Of a DNA stretch of 64,000 bases, positions 26,840 through 39,567 are shown piece by piece (the stretch's first letter is position 1; each line of letters begins with the position of its first letter). The notes beneath the pieces are model-generated. The model searched no databases, was not told the origin of the DNA, and saw nothing but the letters and a program-made list of their open reading frames with translations. The position numbers and the translations under genes were made by a program. Source of the DNA: Moniliella sp. 'wahieum' (Eukaryota); the NCBI GenBank assembly GCA_003971905.1, contig RSEE01000070.1, positions 1 to 64,000 of the forward strand, read 5' to 3'.

Positions 26840-27189
26840 GGCCTGAGTCTGGCAGGCTAATATCCCTGCGATATCCACACTCGCCGCATCGGCCGTGTGC
26901 ACATGCATTGCTAGCTAGTCCTCGTCCCTCTCGGTCGCTTTGGTAGCTACGCATTTATAGAGTCCCGAGTCATGAACATTTCAGATGTGGATTACGCAAC
27001 CCGCGGCAGGCCAGGAAGCATCGGCCGCACTGGACAGCTGAGGGGTACAGCCAGGGCGGGTGATGCTTGGTAACCCAGTCGAGGGTTGAGCCGCCGCCCG
27101 CAAGTCGCAAACCGCCTCCGCTCCTGCCCCGTCCTCGCCAGCGTCCCCGCGGGCCCAGCCTGCCCCATCCGCAGCCCCGTGTCCTCCGC

Positions 27190-27778
27190 CATGCACGCCC
27201 TCCGCTCTCTCCCACACCGCCAGCCACCGCCCCCCTGCCGTCTGCGTCTGGGCCCGCTCCGGCACCCGTTCCCGCCTCAGCCCACTCTCACCTTCCTCCC
27301 CATGGACACGGCAGCAGCCATGGCCAGTCGTGCCTCCTGCTCCCTCGCCTCTCCCCCGACACTGCATCCGTTCCACATGCGCAAGGACACCCCCCATCCT
27401 CCTCACCTTCCCTCTCTCCGCACCACCGGCCCGCAGCTGGCTTCCTCCTCTCACCGCCCTGCCCTATCCCCGCCTGCCCGGAGGACAGGCGCCGCGGTGG
27501 AGAAGAGACCAGACGATGCCTTGGTCACGGCGTTCAACGACCTGCGGCTCTGGCTGTCGATTATGCTCGAGGAGGATATTGCCCAGGCCCGCTGGGTGGA
27601 GGGAGCGAAACGCTGGCGAACTGTCCTCGCTGCGTGCGGGGCCCATGCGCCCCGCATCCTCCGCCTTTCCCCCGCCCATGGCGATAGGGAGATGGACTGG
27701 GTGCAGATGTCTGATGAGACGGAGCCGCCGCCGCGGGATGTGACATTTGCCATCGACGTCCCGGCGGAAAGAGGGTGA
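27190..27778 (+). CDS. Hypothetical protein
   Basis: ATG-initiated ORF with a helical, protein-like core (DDALVTAFNDLRLWLSIMLEED). No family recognised. Confidence 0.35.
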
Positions 27779-27966
27779 CGGAAAGAAGATGTGGTGCCAA
27801 CGATCCAGTTCATCATGGCCTCGTCCGAGGGGCGAGAAGCGTTGGGGGACCTTACCTCCGAGGGAGTCCATCGCTTTGTTTCTTGCTGGGTCCAATATCA
27901 CAACAAGATTGACTGGGATCACCATGAGCGTGGCTACCATCACATTCGCATGAAGAGCTGAACGAA

Positions 27967-30372
27967 ATGGCCTTGCTTCGGCTCGCCTTGGCCTCCTTCT
28001 TCCGCCATCTAGGACGCCAGTTGAACTCGATCAGCACGCGCCTCGATGCCCAAGTGGGTACGATTTTGTTGGGCGGTGGCCTGTTTGCTACCGCCGCTTG
28101 GGTATGGAGGCCTCCCTGTCGCTTACTCGGCTTCCCCGCCCATGACACGGAGCGTACCACACCCTAGAGTCTGAGGCGACGAAAGTGAAATGCTGCTGCC
28201 GACGCCGCCCAACCGGCACCGATGGAGGGACTGATAAGCAATCTGGTTGGCTCCCTCGAGCTGCATTTGGATACCCAACGTACGGGAGCCTACCAGTCTT
28301 TGCTACACAAGCCGTCCGAAAACAGTCACCCCCCCTCGACCGAGCGGAATCTCTCTGTCTCCTCCAACTCCTCGCACGTGGGCACATTGTCCCCTTCCTC
28401 GGTGGCCAGTGCGCCCGCACGTGCGGAGCAAGTGTCCGTATCCTCGCTCTCACGCTCCTTCCGACTGGACCCAGTACCAGAGGCCATTCGAGTCATGGTG
28501 CGTGCGCTGGCCAATGGACTGATTGTCCTCCTTCCCCTTCCTCTCTGTCACCCTCGCTCTCCAACCTGCCCGGTCCATTATCCATCTCCTCCGACCGGCT
28601 CTTCTCCTTACTCCTGGTGGTGGGCTTCACCAAGGGAAAACTTCCCGTTACGCCGGGGCGAGAGGAACGTGCGGCGGTGAGCGAGGAACTGCGCAAGTTC
28701 ATTGAAAACCATAGCGCGGCCCTGCTTGCGCGTGCTGGATCGCCTCCGTACCTCGACAAGGACACGTTCCGTCTTCTGTTGCACTATGCGCTGGACGTGG
28801 AGCGCTCTCCACGCCTGGCTGCCCAGCTGAGCTATGCATATCTCCCCGCGATGCGGTCGGGCAAGGAGGAAGAGCTGGCCAACGAGCTCCGGGCCGAGCT
28901 GTGCGCCATGCGGTGAGCCAGGACCAGCGGGTGTGGAAAGGCAATCAGTGAACTCGAAGGGGGTGGTGTAAACCGCAAGCGGGATCGGTACAAGAATGCG
29001 GGTTTGCAGGAGACCAACGTGCCTGGCTTGACTTGCTAGCGCACTGGGACGATATCCAACGTTCTGGACCTTGGTTTTTGGCGCTACCTGCCTTCGGTTG
29101 CCGGAGGGCTGAACCAGCCAAGCACAAGCACAAGCACAGGACCCCAGCCCCGCGCCCGCCGTCCCGCAGCCGAGGTGTCCGATGCAGGATGGGGCTTGTT
29201 CCTGCATGCGTTCGAACAAGCCTTGGTCGGCGGTAACGCCGATGGGTGGCGCAGTTGCTCAAGTGGGCCATGTACAGCCCTTTTGGCCCAGCAGCCAGAC
29301 GGACGAGACGGAGATCGCGTTCCGGCGGTTGTTGGACTGATCTGGCCCTCGCTCTTGCTTCCGGAAGACCGTGCGGTGGTCCTGGACGCGCGGCAAGAGC
29401 ACATTCTCTCCCGATCGCAGGGTGTGCCCAACCCGAGCAAATGTGACGGGGACGGGATGGTGGATCGGATCTGGGCTTCGGGGGTGGCGTTGGACCAGCA
29501 CATCTCCTGGCCGCGCTGCGTGTTGCAAGGAGCACAGTCAGTATGAGTTTGCGCTCCTGCTCTGGGTCGCTGCCAAAAAGCATTACCGCAAGGCCGCGCA
29601 TGCTCGCTCGTCCCAAGGTCTGGGCCGGCCCAAGGTGGTGATGCCACATGCAGCAACGGTCTATTTCCAGATCCTGTCCAAGCTCGCCCATCGCACCCGG
29701 CTCAACGCGGTGCCGCCGCAAGGCCAACGGGAAGGCAGGACCGCCAAAAAGGCCCAAGCGCCCCTCCTCCCCCGGAAGGCTACTCGCTCTTAGACCTCCA
29801 CACCGCCACGAACAACTACCTCTACCTTGCCGAAACGTGGCAGCTGCCTTGGCAGCCGAACACGGCGCATGGGGACGAAGACGACGAGGCAGTGGGACCG
29901 GAAGACCTCGTGGTAGATCGTTCCGCGCGCCCCCTCCGCCTCCTTCCCGGCCCCTCACGCGGCCCACGCCCGAACTGTTCCGAGCGGTGCTCAACGTGTT
30001 TAGCAATACGCTCCACGGACTCGACTGCAACGCGTACCCGGAGCTTGCGCAGGCGCAAGATGTGCTGCGTCTCATCCTGTACCACATGACCGTCTTTGAC
30101 GTGGCCCTTACTCCCGAAACGAAGAGGTGGTGCAAAGGCTGTTGGCGGCCGAGTTTGCATGGTAACCCCTACCCTCCCCACCGTTACATTGAATGCCATC
30201 ATGTCATCATGCCATCATACTCGCATGCTTTCGTATCGTCCCGACTCGCTGCGTTGGCTAAGATGTCTTTGGGATTAGCACCCGCAAGCCCAAGCCCGGT
30301 TAACTTCACAGCTGCGAGTTCGGCAACGAGTTATACCCGCCAACCAAAAAGGCAAGAGAAACGCAGCACGTA
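27967..30372 (+). CDS. Hypothetical helical-repeat protein, possibly mitochondrial (fragmented)
   Basis: Presequence-like N-terminus (MALLRLALASFFRHLGRQ) and successive helical fragments (DKDTFRLLLHYAL, PTPELFRAVLNVF) across frames. Confidence 0.4.
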
Positions 30373-30849
30373 GTTACATTGTTCCGATTAATGAGGGAAC
30401 AGGCAAAGGGACCAGGCCGGCGCAGCCTCCTGGTTTCCAGAACGGGGCAGGTGTAGTAGTAGTAGTTGTAGGGGCATGAGATAAGATATCGGGGGGAGAC
30501 TGAGAATCTTTGGCTTAGATGGTATGGAGCAAACAGTAAACAGAAAACAGAGCAATGCGGACCACATCCAACGGGTCTGGAGCCCGTAGGAAAGGGAAGG
30601 AGAAAGAGAAAGAAAAGAAGAGAGAGAAGGAGAGCAAGACGCATGGGGCGCCAAGGGCCCAAAGGCAAAAGGAGAGAGCAACAAGAGCAAAGACCAATCA
30701 AGGTCAAACGAAAGGAAGGCATGTCCCGCAGAACATGCACGGTGAAACGAGAACAGGTATCGCCATCTGAGACCAGGAATTACCGAAACACAAAGGACCA
30801 AGTGTGGAGAGGGGGAGTTGGGTTGGGAAGCTCGATCCGGCCTTAGATC

Positions 30850-32397
30850 GGGGCTTAGGCCAAATGCCAAACCCCATCGTCCCACTCCTCGCACGAGGAC
30901 GGGGAAGAAGGCAGGTCGTCAAGGGTGACGAGCGTAGGCGCCATGCCCAGCACGAGTGAATCGTCCATCTCGGACGACCAGGCGGGCAGACGGGGGTAAC
31001 GGACATGTCGGGCGGGAAGAACCAGGGGAAAGAGGAAGACGAAGGTGAAGGTGAAGGCGAAGGTGAGGTGGTAGGTAGAGGCGGAACGAGCGTGGTGCGT
31101 TTTCGTCGGAGAGACCCGTGCTGGTCGAGCGCGTGCGGGGCAAGGTCAGGTTCGGAACTGGGGTCGGGGTCGAACTGGGGCGAGAGATGCGACCCGACGG
31201 GCCCCAAGATCGAAGGCGAGGATGGCAGAGGGGAAGATTGGGGGATGGACGAATGTTTCTCCTCATCCGACTGGAAAGAGTGGTGTGACCCAAGTGACGT
31301 GCGGGGGAGAGGGTGCGCATGCACGAGGAGGCTTTGGTCCGGTGCAAGACTCGCTTGCGGGCCAGAGACGAAGGCACCTCGGACAGTTGAGTGGAATGGG
31401 TAGAGGGAGCCAAGGACGCAGACGAGGAGCGGTCCATAGTCTTGTCATCGCCGTGCGATAGGACGGACAGATGAAGGTTGGTCACCAAAGGACGACGCCG
31501 ACCGAACCTCGGATCCCACGGGAGTAGCCTGATCGCCTGCTTCGGGACGGGAAGCTGGGTGGCCCTGTCTTGGGGGGTTGAGCCAGGTCGGACCAAGAGC
31601 TCTGGTCGTGTGCTCGTGTTGCCAGGGACGCACCTTCAACTCGGGCGAACCACGATCTTCGCCATCGCCAGCTTCCTCCCCTACCGCCTCCAACTCTCCT
31701 GGGGTCCAAGGGCTAGGTGGGTAGGGCGACGAGGGGGGCGCATGCACCATTGTTGGTGGTGGCAACGACTTGGGCCCATTGGTCCCGAACGCGGTAGGGA
31801 ACCTAGGGCTGGGCGAGGGGAGGGAGGATGGCGACCGTGGTGGACGCGACGCACGAGGCGACACACGCTGCTCGCCTACGTGATTGGGCAAGGTCAAAGG
31901 CGATGGTGCACGTCCCGCGCCCCGTTTCGCCGACAGAGGCAACGGCCGTGCCGGGGTCGCGGGAGGCACGGCATAGCGGGCAATGGTCTGGCGAATCAGT
32001 TGACGGCAAGCCATCACCGACACACATCGTTCCATGCCAGCCTCGATGTCGCGCAAGACATGGAGCAGGTCGGGCATCGGTTCGCGGGTGCGGGAGCTGG
32101 GGGAGGCGGGAGGATGGGATTGGCGGTGGAGCACCAAGAGAGGACATGGATGGCGCGGAGACCATGCTTGAGAAAAGGGAGACGGGGAGGAGGCAGAACG
32201 CTGACGTGTGGGTGGGATGGTTCGGAGCAAAGAGGGTACCGCGGGTCGCGAGGCGGGCAGCGTCGCCGAGTCTCCGAGTCGTGAGAGGAATGCTGGTTGG
32301 ATGCCGTGTCAGGGTAATCAGGAGTGGGGGTAACCTGCTCGTCCCTCTCGTGGTGTGGGGCGTTGTCCGAGTTGGAAGGTGGTGCCTGGCTCTCCAT
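30850..32397 (-). CDS. Hypothetical Pro/Ser-rich protein (fragmented)
   Basis: Chain of overlapping minus-strand ORFs from MESQAPPSNS. No domain recognised. Confidence 0.35.
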
Positions 32398-32457
32398 CGA
32401 CTTGAGACGGTTTGGTGTCAGACTCACCCGCTCGTCTGTCCCGAGCTCATTAGGGCG

Positions 32458-33670
32458 TCAAACAGTTGCTGCAGTCAAGAACAAACAAAGTGTCACATGT
32501 GACAGTGATACGTCAGTAATGGGGTGGCTTGGACACCATCCAAACCCAACTAGCAATGACAGGGCAATCACATACCTCACTAGGGTCCGGTGGACGTTGA
32601 CGGCCAGGGAGGGCAAGGCTGCGTGGGGTGCGTGAGTGAGAGAGAGAACGGATGATATGCGCTGGTGGGCGAAGAGGATGGCTGGTCCTCCGAGTCGTAG
32701 CTCACCACAACGGGCGGGGGAGCGGGTGGGCCACCAACAGGGAGAGATGCCACGCTGCTGGCCCAGGACAACGACCCGGAACGAGAACGATTGTAATGAG
32801 GGAGTGGCGAAGGTTGGTGCCGCCCGGGCCCGAGCGCGCAGAGCGGGCAGACCAGCTAGAGGTAGTGAGGGATGGCGGGCCAAGGCGGTGTCATCTTCGG
32901 TCAAGGAAAGGGTGGCTTCCTTCTCAGTATGCTTTGGGTTTCTTGCTCGCGTGCTTGGGTCAAGGCCATGCTCACGGAGAGGGCGTCGGCGGAAGGGTTG
33001 GACATGGATCGCTCTTCCGACGCTGGGCAGCCCCGTCCGCAACGCGGCGCCCATGTTGGTGGTCCAGGTTTGGCGGCGGGGACGAGGGAAGACAGCTGGA
33101 ATGGGGAAGAAGGCGAAGAGGGAGCGGGAGACGGGAGGGGAGCGGCAGAACGGGGAGAGGGCACGGGGGTGTAGCGGGAGAGCGCGAGGGGGGAAGGGGC
33201 AGGTGGACGGTGAGTTGCGTTCCAGCTCATCAAGGGGGTCCGGTGTGGAAGACGAAACGGGGGGTGAGTAAGGGAGCAGCAAGGGCATCCAGCAGGGCAC
33301 TGGCATACACCGCGGTCAGGTCGGTGGCAAAGTGGCGCGTTTGGCAGGCTGGTGCAGAGCGGCATAGGCCGTGGGGAGGTCAAACGAGGCGTCGGCCCCG
33401 CCGGTGGCAGTGTGTCGCGTCGATGGCGGCGTCGGCGGCGTCCATGTCGAGGCGAGGTGGGGGAGAGTAGCCTGGTAGGCATACTGGCGGACGGCCACGT
33501 GGGCTTCCATCAGGACGTCCTGTGCGGTGGATGGGCCGGCGGCAGCGGTGAGAAGGGGGTAGCGCCGCGGAGGGCGAATGGGGCGAGCGCACAGCTGTGG
33601 GCGCCGGCGAGACAGCCGGCAGGACGAGGTCCAGGACGCCCTGCACGCGCCCCGCGCGGGTGTCGGCCAT
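32458..33670 (-). CDS. Hypothetical protein with C-terminal hydrophobic segments (fragmented)
   Basis: Starts MADTRAGRVQG and ends VRYVIALSLLVGFGW..VTLCLFLTAATV. Confidence 0.35.
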
Positions 33671-34433
33671 GGTGGGGGACAAGGGGCAGAGACGGGGGGT
33701 GGTGAGGGCGGGAAGGAGAAGAGGAGAGACGTAGCCGATGCACCACGGCGGGGGGGCGTTGCACAGTGACTAGTGAGCGTTTGAGCACCCATCGTATGTG
33801 CAAAATCTTAGTCACTCCAACCAACCGCAGCCGGCCGCTGCCTCATCCGGCAGCACCGCCTGCACCACTTGTAGCCAGCACCCGCTGCTCTGCCAGCACT
33901 TAGCCGAGTGCCCGATCCCGCCGCACCAGCCGTGTCTGTCTCCGCGCGCCCACCTTTGCCTCCCGCACCAGCCCGCACGCATGGCCCGCACCCGCACCCG
34001 CCACCCGCCACCTGCCACGCGTCCCACATCCGGGGCCTAGACTCGGGACTACCGCCGTGCCCGCACAGCCGAACACAGCCCGTGCGCCTGCCATCTGCCT
34101 CCATATACTCACGTACTTTATCCTCGCTGTGTCTGCTACCGTGTGTCACATGCATCACATGTCCGATCTTAGAGCTCAGACTTTGGGCGCCTCCGAACGC
34201 ATCCTGTCACTGGCATGTCACGCCTTGGCAGGCAATATCACCTGTCTGTCACAGACCAGAGACTGCGGGGCAGCGGTAAGCGTAAGCGCCAAGCACTCGG
34301 GTATTCACTCCGTACTCAGACTGAGTACTCGGACTGACAGAAAGGGCGGTCGGATGGCCGACCTTCACACCTTCCGGTTCTGCCCCCCCCACATTGGCAG
34401 TCCAGCAGGGCCAAAGGGCAGGAATGCATGCAT

Positions 34434-36695
34434 TCACATCCCACTCGTCGTGCTCGCCACCAACCCCGTCAGCACCTCCAGCGCCGCCAGCAGCGCATCC
34501 TTCTCTGCCGCCGAGTCGACAAACCCCACCAGCGCCGGGCCGTCGGCCGACTGGGCAGTGTACAGCGCCAGTGCATGGTCCACCATCCCGCCTTCCTCGC
34601 GTGACTCCAGCCCCACCAGCGCAGCCACCTCGATGCGCTGGACCAGAGCCAATCCCTCTGTCGTGTGCAACTCGAGCGCATCAGGGCGCAGCACGTAGGC
34701 CCGACGACGAAATAAGGTCGAGTCTGCGCGTTGGACGCCCATGTAGCCCGTTAACAACGCATCAGCCTTGGTTGCCTCTGTTACGGCGGCACGTGGACCT
34801 AACAGCGGAGCAGCATGCTGGACAAACAGCTCTTTGGTTGCTTCGTGCTGCGAGCGTCGCCATTGCTGCCTTCGAGCCTTTTCCTGGGCCGCCGCTCGCT
34901 GGTCCCGGACCGCTTGGACGACCGACTGCTCCCATGCGGCCTGGGCTGCCATGCGATGCGCCGCATCAGCTTGTAGCTCGCGCACTCGTTTCGCCCAGAC
35001 CGCGTGCTCGGCTGCCTGGGCCTGCAGTGTGCGTTCACGCTCATGTTCGTCTGATGCCCACGCGCGCCGGCGCGCCGCTTCGGCGGCTGTTTCCTGCTGG
35101 CTGCGCTCAAATGCATCGAGCTTGGCGCGTTCAGGTCGGGTGTGGGCCCAAAGTTGCGCATGGGCATGTTCTGCTTGGCGGAGCGACACGAGCTGCGCGC
35201 GCCCACCATCCACTACGTCTTTGAGGTGTTGGCACCAGTTCAGTCCTCGCTCCACCTCCGCTGCGCATGGCGTTGGCTCGATAAGAGTTTGGCTCGGGCA
35301 CGCAGGACCCGTGATCGGGCCAAGGGGTCGTCCCGCAACGCGCGCAGCATCTCATCTTCCTCCTCCTCCTCGGCCGGGTGGTCTGATACGGCCTCGGCCA
35401 CGATCCATGGGTCAGCGCGGGCCGAGTGGCTCGATGAGACTCCGGTCCCGTTTCGGGTCAGGGACCGTCGTGTGGAGGAGGAAGGCGCTAGTTGCTCCCT
35501 CACTGGTGGTGGAGGCGGAGGTGGGGGTGGGGTGGGGTGGGTGGTGAAAGTACCTGAAGAGGTGGGTAGCGAGGGCGGTTCTGATGCCAGTCCCGCCGAA
35601 GGCGATGGGGAAGAGGAAGGAGGGATCAGTACTGGGGTAGGTGTCACAAGGGCGGCACTGATTGCGTCTGAAGAAACAGTAGGCGTGACACGGTGAGATG
35701 GGTTCTGGTTGGACTGGTACCGTTTCCTTTACTGCCAAGACAGGCAGGAGGAGGTTTGAGAGACAGAGGGTAAGGTGGCAGCCGAGGGGGTGGTAGGCAC
35801 TGGACTCGCTACAGTCGGGCGGCTGGAGATGGTAGTGGAGATGGAGTGGGTATCGTGGCCGCCACTGGATCCTGATCCGGTGGTGGAGGACCGACCTAGG
35901 TCGGTGTGGGTGGCCGAAGGCGGTGGGGCGTCTCCGTGGGAGAATCTCCGGCTGGAAACGGACGTGGGAAGCTTAGACGCGGGGGTATTGGGAGGAGCTG
36001 AAGAGGTATTACTGTCTAAGGCCGTATACCGGGCACGCAGCGCAGCAATGCGTGAGGTGGGGGCTTCGGTTGATGATGCCTGGTTGCCGAGCGCAGGTGG
36101 GGAAAGAGGGTCGGTGGGAGTGGGCTGGGAAGAGTCGAGGCCGGTGGTGGGGATTTTTCCGCGCAGGGAACTCTGGATGAGCGCATCGGTCAGCTCGTCG
36201 AGGCGGCGGATCAGTACTGTGGCCGAGGCTTGAGCAAACGGGGGGAAATCCCGGGCTAAGGAGCGTGCTTGGGCAAGAGCGCGGGCGCGGCGCACTCCAC
36301 TATCAGAGCAGCAGGGTCAGAGGCAACGCACATCATGCATGCGGTGGGACAGAGACGTACGTGACCTGCTCGCCGAGGCACTGGACAAGCAGCAGGGCAT
36401 GGCTGTGGCGCCAGAGGGCAAACTGCACCCACTCGGGGTGCTGGGCCAGGTGGTCGGCAAGCGCAGTGCGGTCCGCATCAGGCGCCGACAGCACAAGGCC
36501 GAGCTGGGCGGCGGAGCTGTCGGTGAGAAGACGGAGTATGACAAGGGGGCGAGCGAGTGCGTCGGCAGTTGCGGCGCTGTGGCGGTGCGAGGATGGCGGT
36601 GGGGCACAGACATGGGCGCATGCCGCATCGGCGTCGGCAGTGGCGACGAGGGAGGCGAGTGATCCAACGGAGGACGCACGGGTATGGGTGGACAT
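34434..36695 (-). CDS. Protein with ADF-H/cofilin-like N-domain, coiled coil and C-terminal PH-like domain
   Basis: N-terminal ..LLLVQC.GEQVT/GVRRARAL (intron at about 36302-36359), an E/Q/R coiled coil, and C-terminal LTGYMGVQ..FRRRAYVL..FVDSAAEKDALLAAL. Confidence 0.55.
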
Positions 36696-38546
36696 GCCCA
36701 GGGACGAGGGTATAAGGAGCGTGGGGCTGCGGGCCAGCCGGAGGAGGGGTGGGGTTGGGTAACTAATAGCAAGAGAAGGACGAAGCGTGGCTAGTGGCGG
36801 ATGGTTACGGATGGCGTCGTGCGTCGTCGTCCTAAAGCAGGCCTGGCGGTGGGTGAGGCGTGAGGCTCACGCGTGAGGTGAGGCCTCAGCGTGCGGTGCC
36901 CAGTGCGGCGCAGACGGCAGAGGAGCAGCAAGGAGGAGCGATGGGCTGCCCCCCCCGCGCAGCCAGCGCAGGCCAGCCGCTCCGTTCCGGCGCGCGAGGC
37001 GAGGCAGGTGCCGCAGACACTTGCCCCTGCCGCGCGAACGCAAGTGGCAGGCACTGGCGCTGTGCTGCGATCGGCGGCGTATGCCCCACTTGCCAGCTGG
37101 GAGCGGCACCAGGGCAGCCAGCGCGCCGGTTCTGGCAGGATCTGTGGCAGGCTGTGGCAGGCCCCGTGCGACACGGCGGCTCCCTTCAGGGTCTGAAACT
37201 GACACCACGCGTGTGCTCCACCAGCGCTCTGCTAGGGGCAGGCCCCCACCATCGAGCCCTTACATGTTACCTCATGAATCATGTGGATGACCTTGCATGG
37301 CCTTGCATGGCCTAATCCTTGTGAAGCTGCTCGGTGATCTTCCAGCTTCTCATCGAGGGAGCTGTCGGGCCGCATAAACGCTTCTCCCACAACACATATA
37401 TCTCCGCTCGCTATTTTAGGGGCGCATGGGGTACACACATTTCATCGTCCTTGCCATGTGGAATTCGTCTCACAAAACCCCCAAGTGTCAACGAGAGAAG
37501 CGCGAAAAGAGATCGGTCGAGGCCAAAAGCCAGCAACACTCCAGTAGGGTTTATGAGGGTGGGCATCATTTGCATCATTTATGTCCTCCAAACGAGCGAA
37601 TCTCATATAGTTCTCTCTCTTAAACTGTTTTGGTCTACCAGTTCCCATTCGACCCGGGCATTCATTACCGTCCTAGTACTACAGTATGTTGAGCCATCGG
37701 GTGGCTCGTGCTTTGGCCAATGTCCCTTCAGTTCCTCCTCATGCCTGAGAGTTCTGTTTTTTCTCCTGTTTTCCTTGTTCAGCAGCTTATAGCCCCTGGT
37801 GGCGACTCGCTGCCTGATGTTCCTCTGTAGGCGTTGCTAGTTGGCTTAGACCACCACCACCACCAGTGCGATTGCATCACCCTCAAGGACCATCAGGACT
37901 CCAGGTCTCATCACAGTATCCTGGTTGCTCCGTATTAGCAGTGGAGGACAAGCACTGCCGGAGCTGGGACTGAACAGGGGCGGCTGTCGAGACGTGTGGC
38001 TGGTGGAGAGGAACCCACGCGATAAGCAGGTACGGGGACTCGACGCGGCTGAAGGAAGGATCCCGCGACTGTGCGGATTGAAAGCTGGGAGACGAGGTTG
38101 GAAGATGAGGAGAGGCTAAGTGGAGACGAGAGGTTGCCTGTACTGAATCGATTGGCCGTAAACAGGCAGGAGTTGGACAGGAAAGGTGGGAAAGGACGAG
38201 AATGGAAGGTAGGGAAAGGATCACCACCAACCACAGGGGTACAGGCTAGATCAAAAGGGAAAATGGACACAATAGGGGCGTAGAAAGGAAGACATGTCAA
38301 GAGAAGAGTTGGTTGCTGTAAACGCAACGGAGAAAGGTAAAGTGATGGCGGGGCAATAGTCGTCTCAAAGATATCGGAAACTTGGGTTACGAACTCTCAA
38401 ACTGTCTGCTACGCACATTCTCGTCTACCGAAAACAAACCATGGGTGGATCAGACGGATCCGATTTTTACGAGCCACCCCCGCGTCATTCCTTAAAAGAA
38501 CGACGCCGGCATGCTCATCAGGCCATCAAAGGGAGAGGCGGATGCC

Positions 38547-38902
38547 TTACTCCTCGTCAGCCTCCTCCTCGTCAGCGTTGACGTTGAAGAACTTGACGGT
38601 GTAGCCGTTCTTGGAGGCAGCAATGACACGCAGCCAGTCACGCAGCTGCTCGCGCTTCAAAAACTTCTTGGTCAGGTACTTGAGGTACCGCTTCGAGAAG
38701 GGGATCGAGGTCGCAATGTTGATGCGGCCCTCGCCCTGGCGCGAGACGGCAACAGCGTCGCCGAGCTGGCCAGCCTTGCCATCGACCTTGATCGAGTCGT
38801 GCAGGAACTTCTCAAAGGACTCAATGTCAAAGATGCCGTCGGACACGGGGCCCGAGGCGTCAATGAAGTACTTCTCCCCTTGGTGGTCTTGATGGGCGCC
38901 AT
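38547..38902 (-). CDS. RPL22: 60S ribosomal protein L22 (eL22)
   Basis: DGIFDIESFEKFLHDSIKVDGKAGQLG..FSKRYLKYLTKKFLK..LRDWLRVIA. Probable 5'-UTR intron (GTGAGT at about 39170 to TAG at about 38923). Confidence 0.96.
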
Positions 38903-39567
38903 TGTTGTTTAATAAAAGTGCCTACTCTTCCATCGCAAGAACAAAATACGAAGCCAAAGTCAGTTACCAAGTCTTCATTCGTAAGGATACAAGTAGGGAT
39001 CAACCCCTTGCTTCGGCTCTTGCGTGGCCCGCACCATGTCCTGCACCGCCGGACGGTATCCGCATCCGCCGCAAGCGGCAGACGGAGGACAACAGCACGA
39101 CGGCACAGACGATGGCAGGTGCGGCCAGAGCGTATGGCAGGGAGGAGGATAACCGCCTACTGTCACTCACGGTGAACAGCAAAGCTGGGTGTGGAAGGGA
39201 AGTGGTGGGTGAGGAGAAGCATAACTCAGGAGCTGGCATCAAGCCTCTTATTGGGCTTCCCGCCTGACCAAAAAGTGCCGCAGCAGCGCAGCTGAGGAAT
39301 AGGGTTAGGTGTCACTCTATGGTTAATCACTGTATTAGCCGTAAATGAAATTTGAACCTGTCCTGGCTGGTTGTTGCTGCTGCCCTGGGTAACTTTTTTT
39401 TGCCAGGGCAGATGGGTTGGCGCGGAATGGCGGGAGGGGGGGCAGGTCCAGTTCTGCATTTGGGCCCTGGCTCAAGACGAGGAAAAAGTCGGTCGTGCCT
39501 TGGGAGCAGCAAGCAGAACACGCCTGGCGAGCCTTGGTCCTCTCCTCCCATCTCGCCGCCAGCTACC

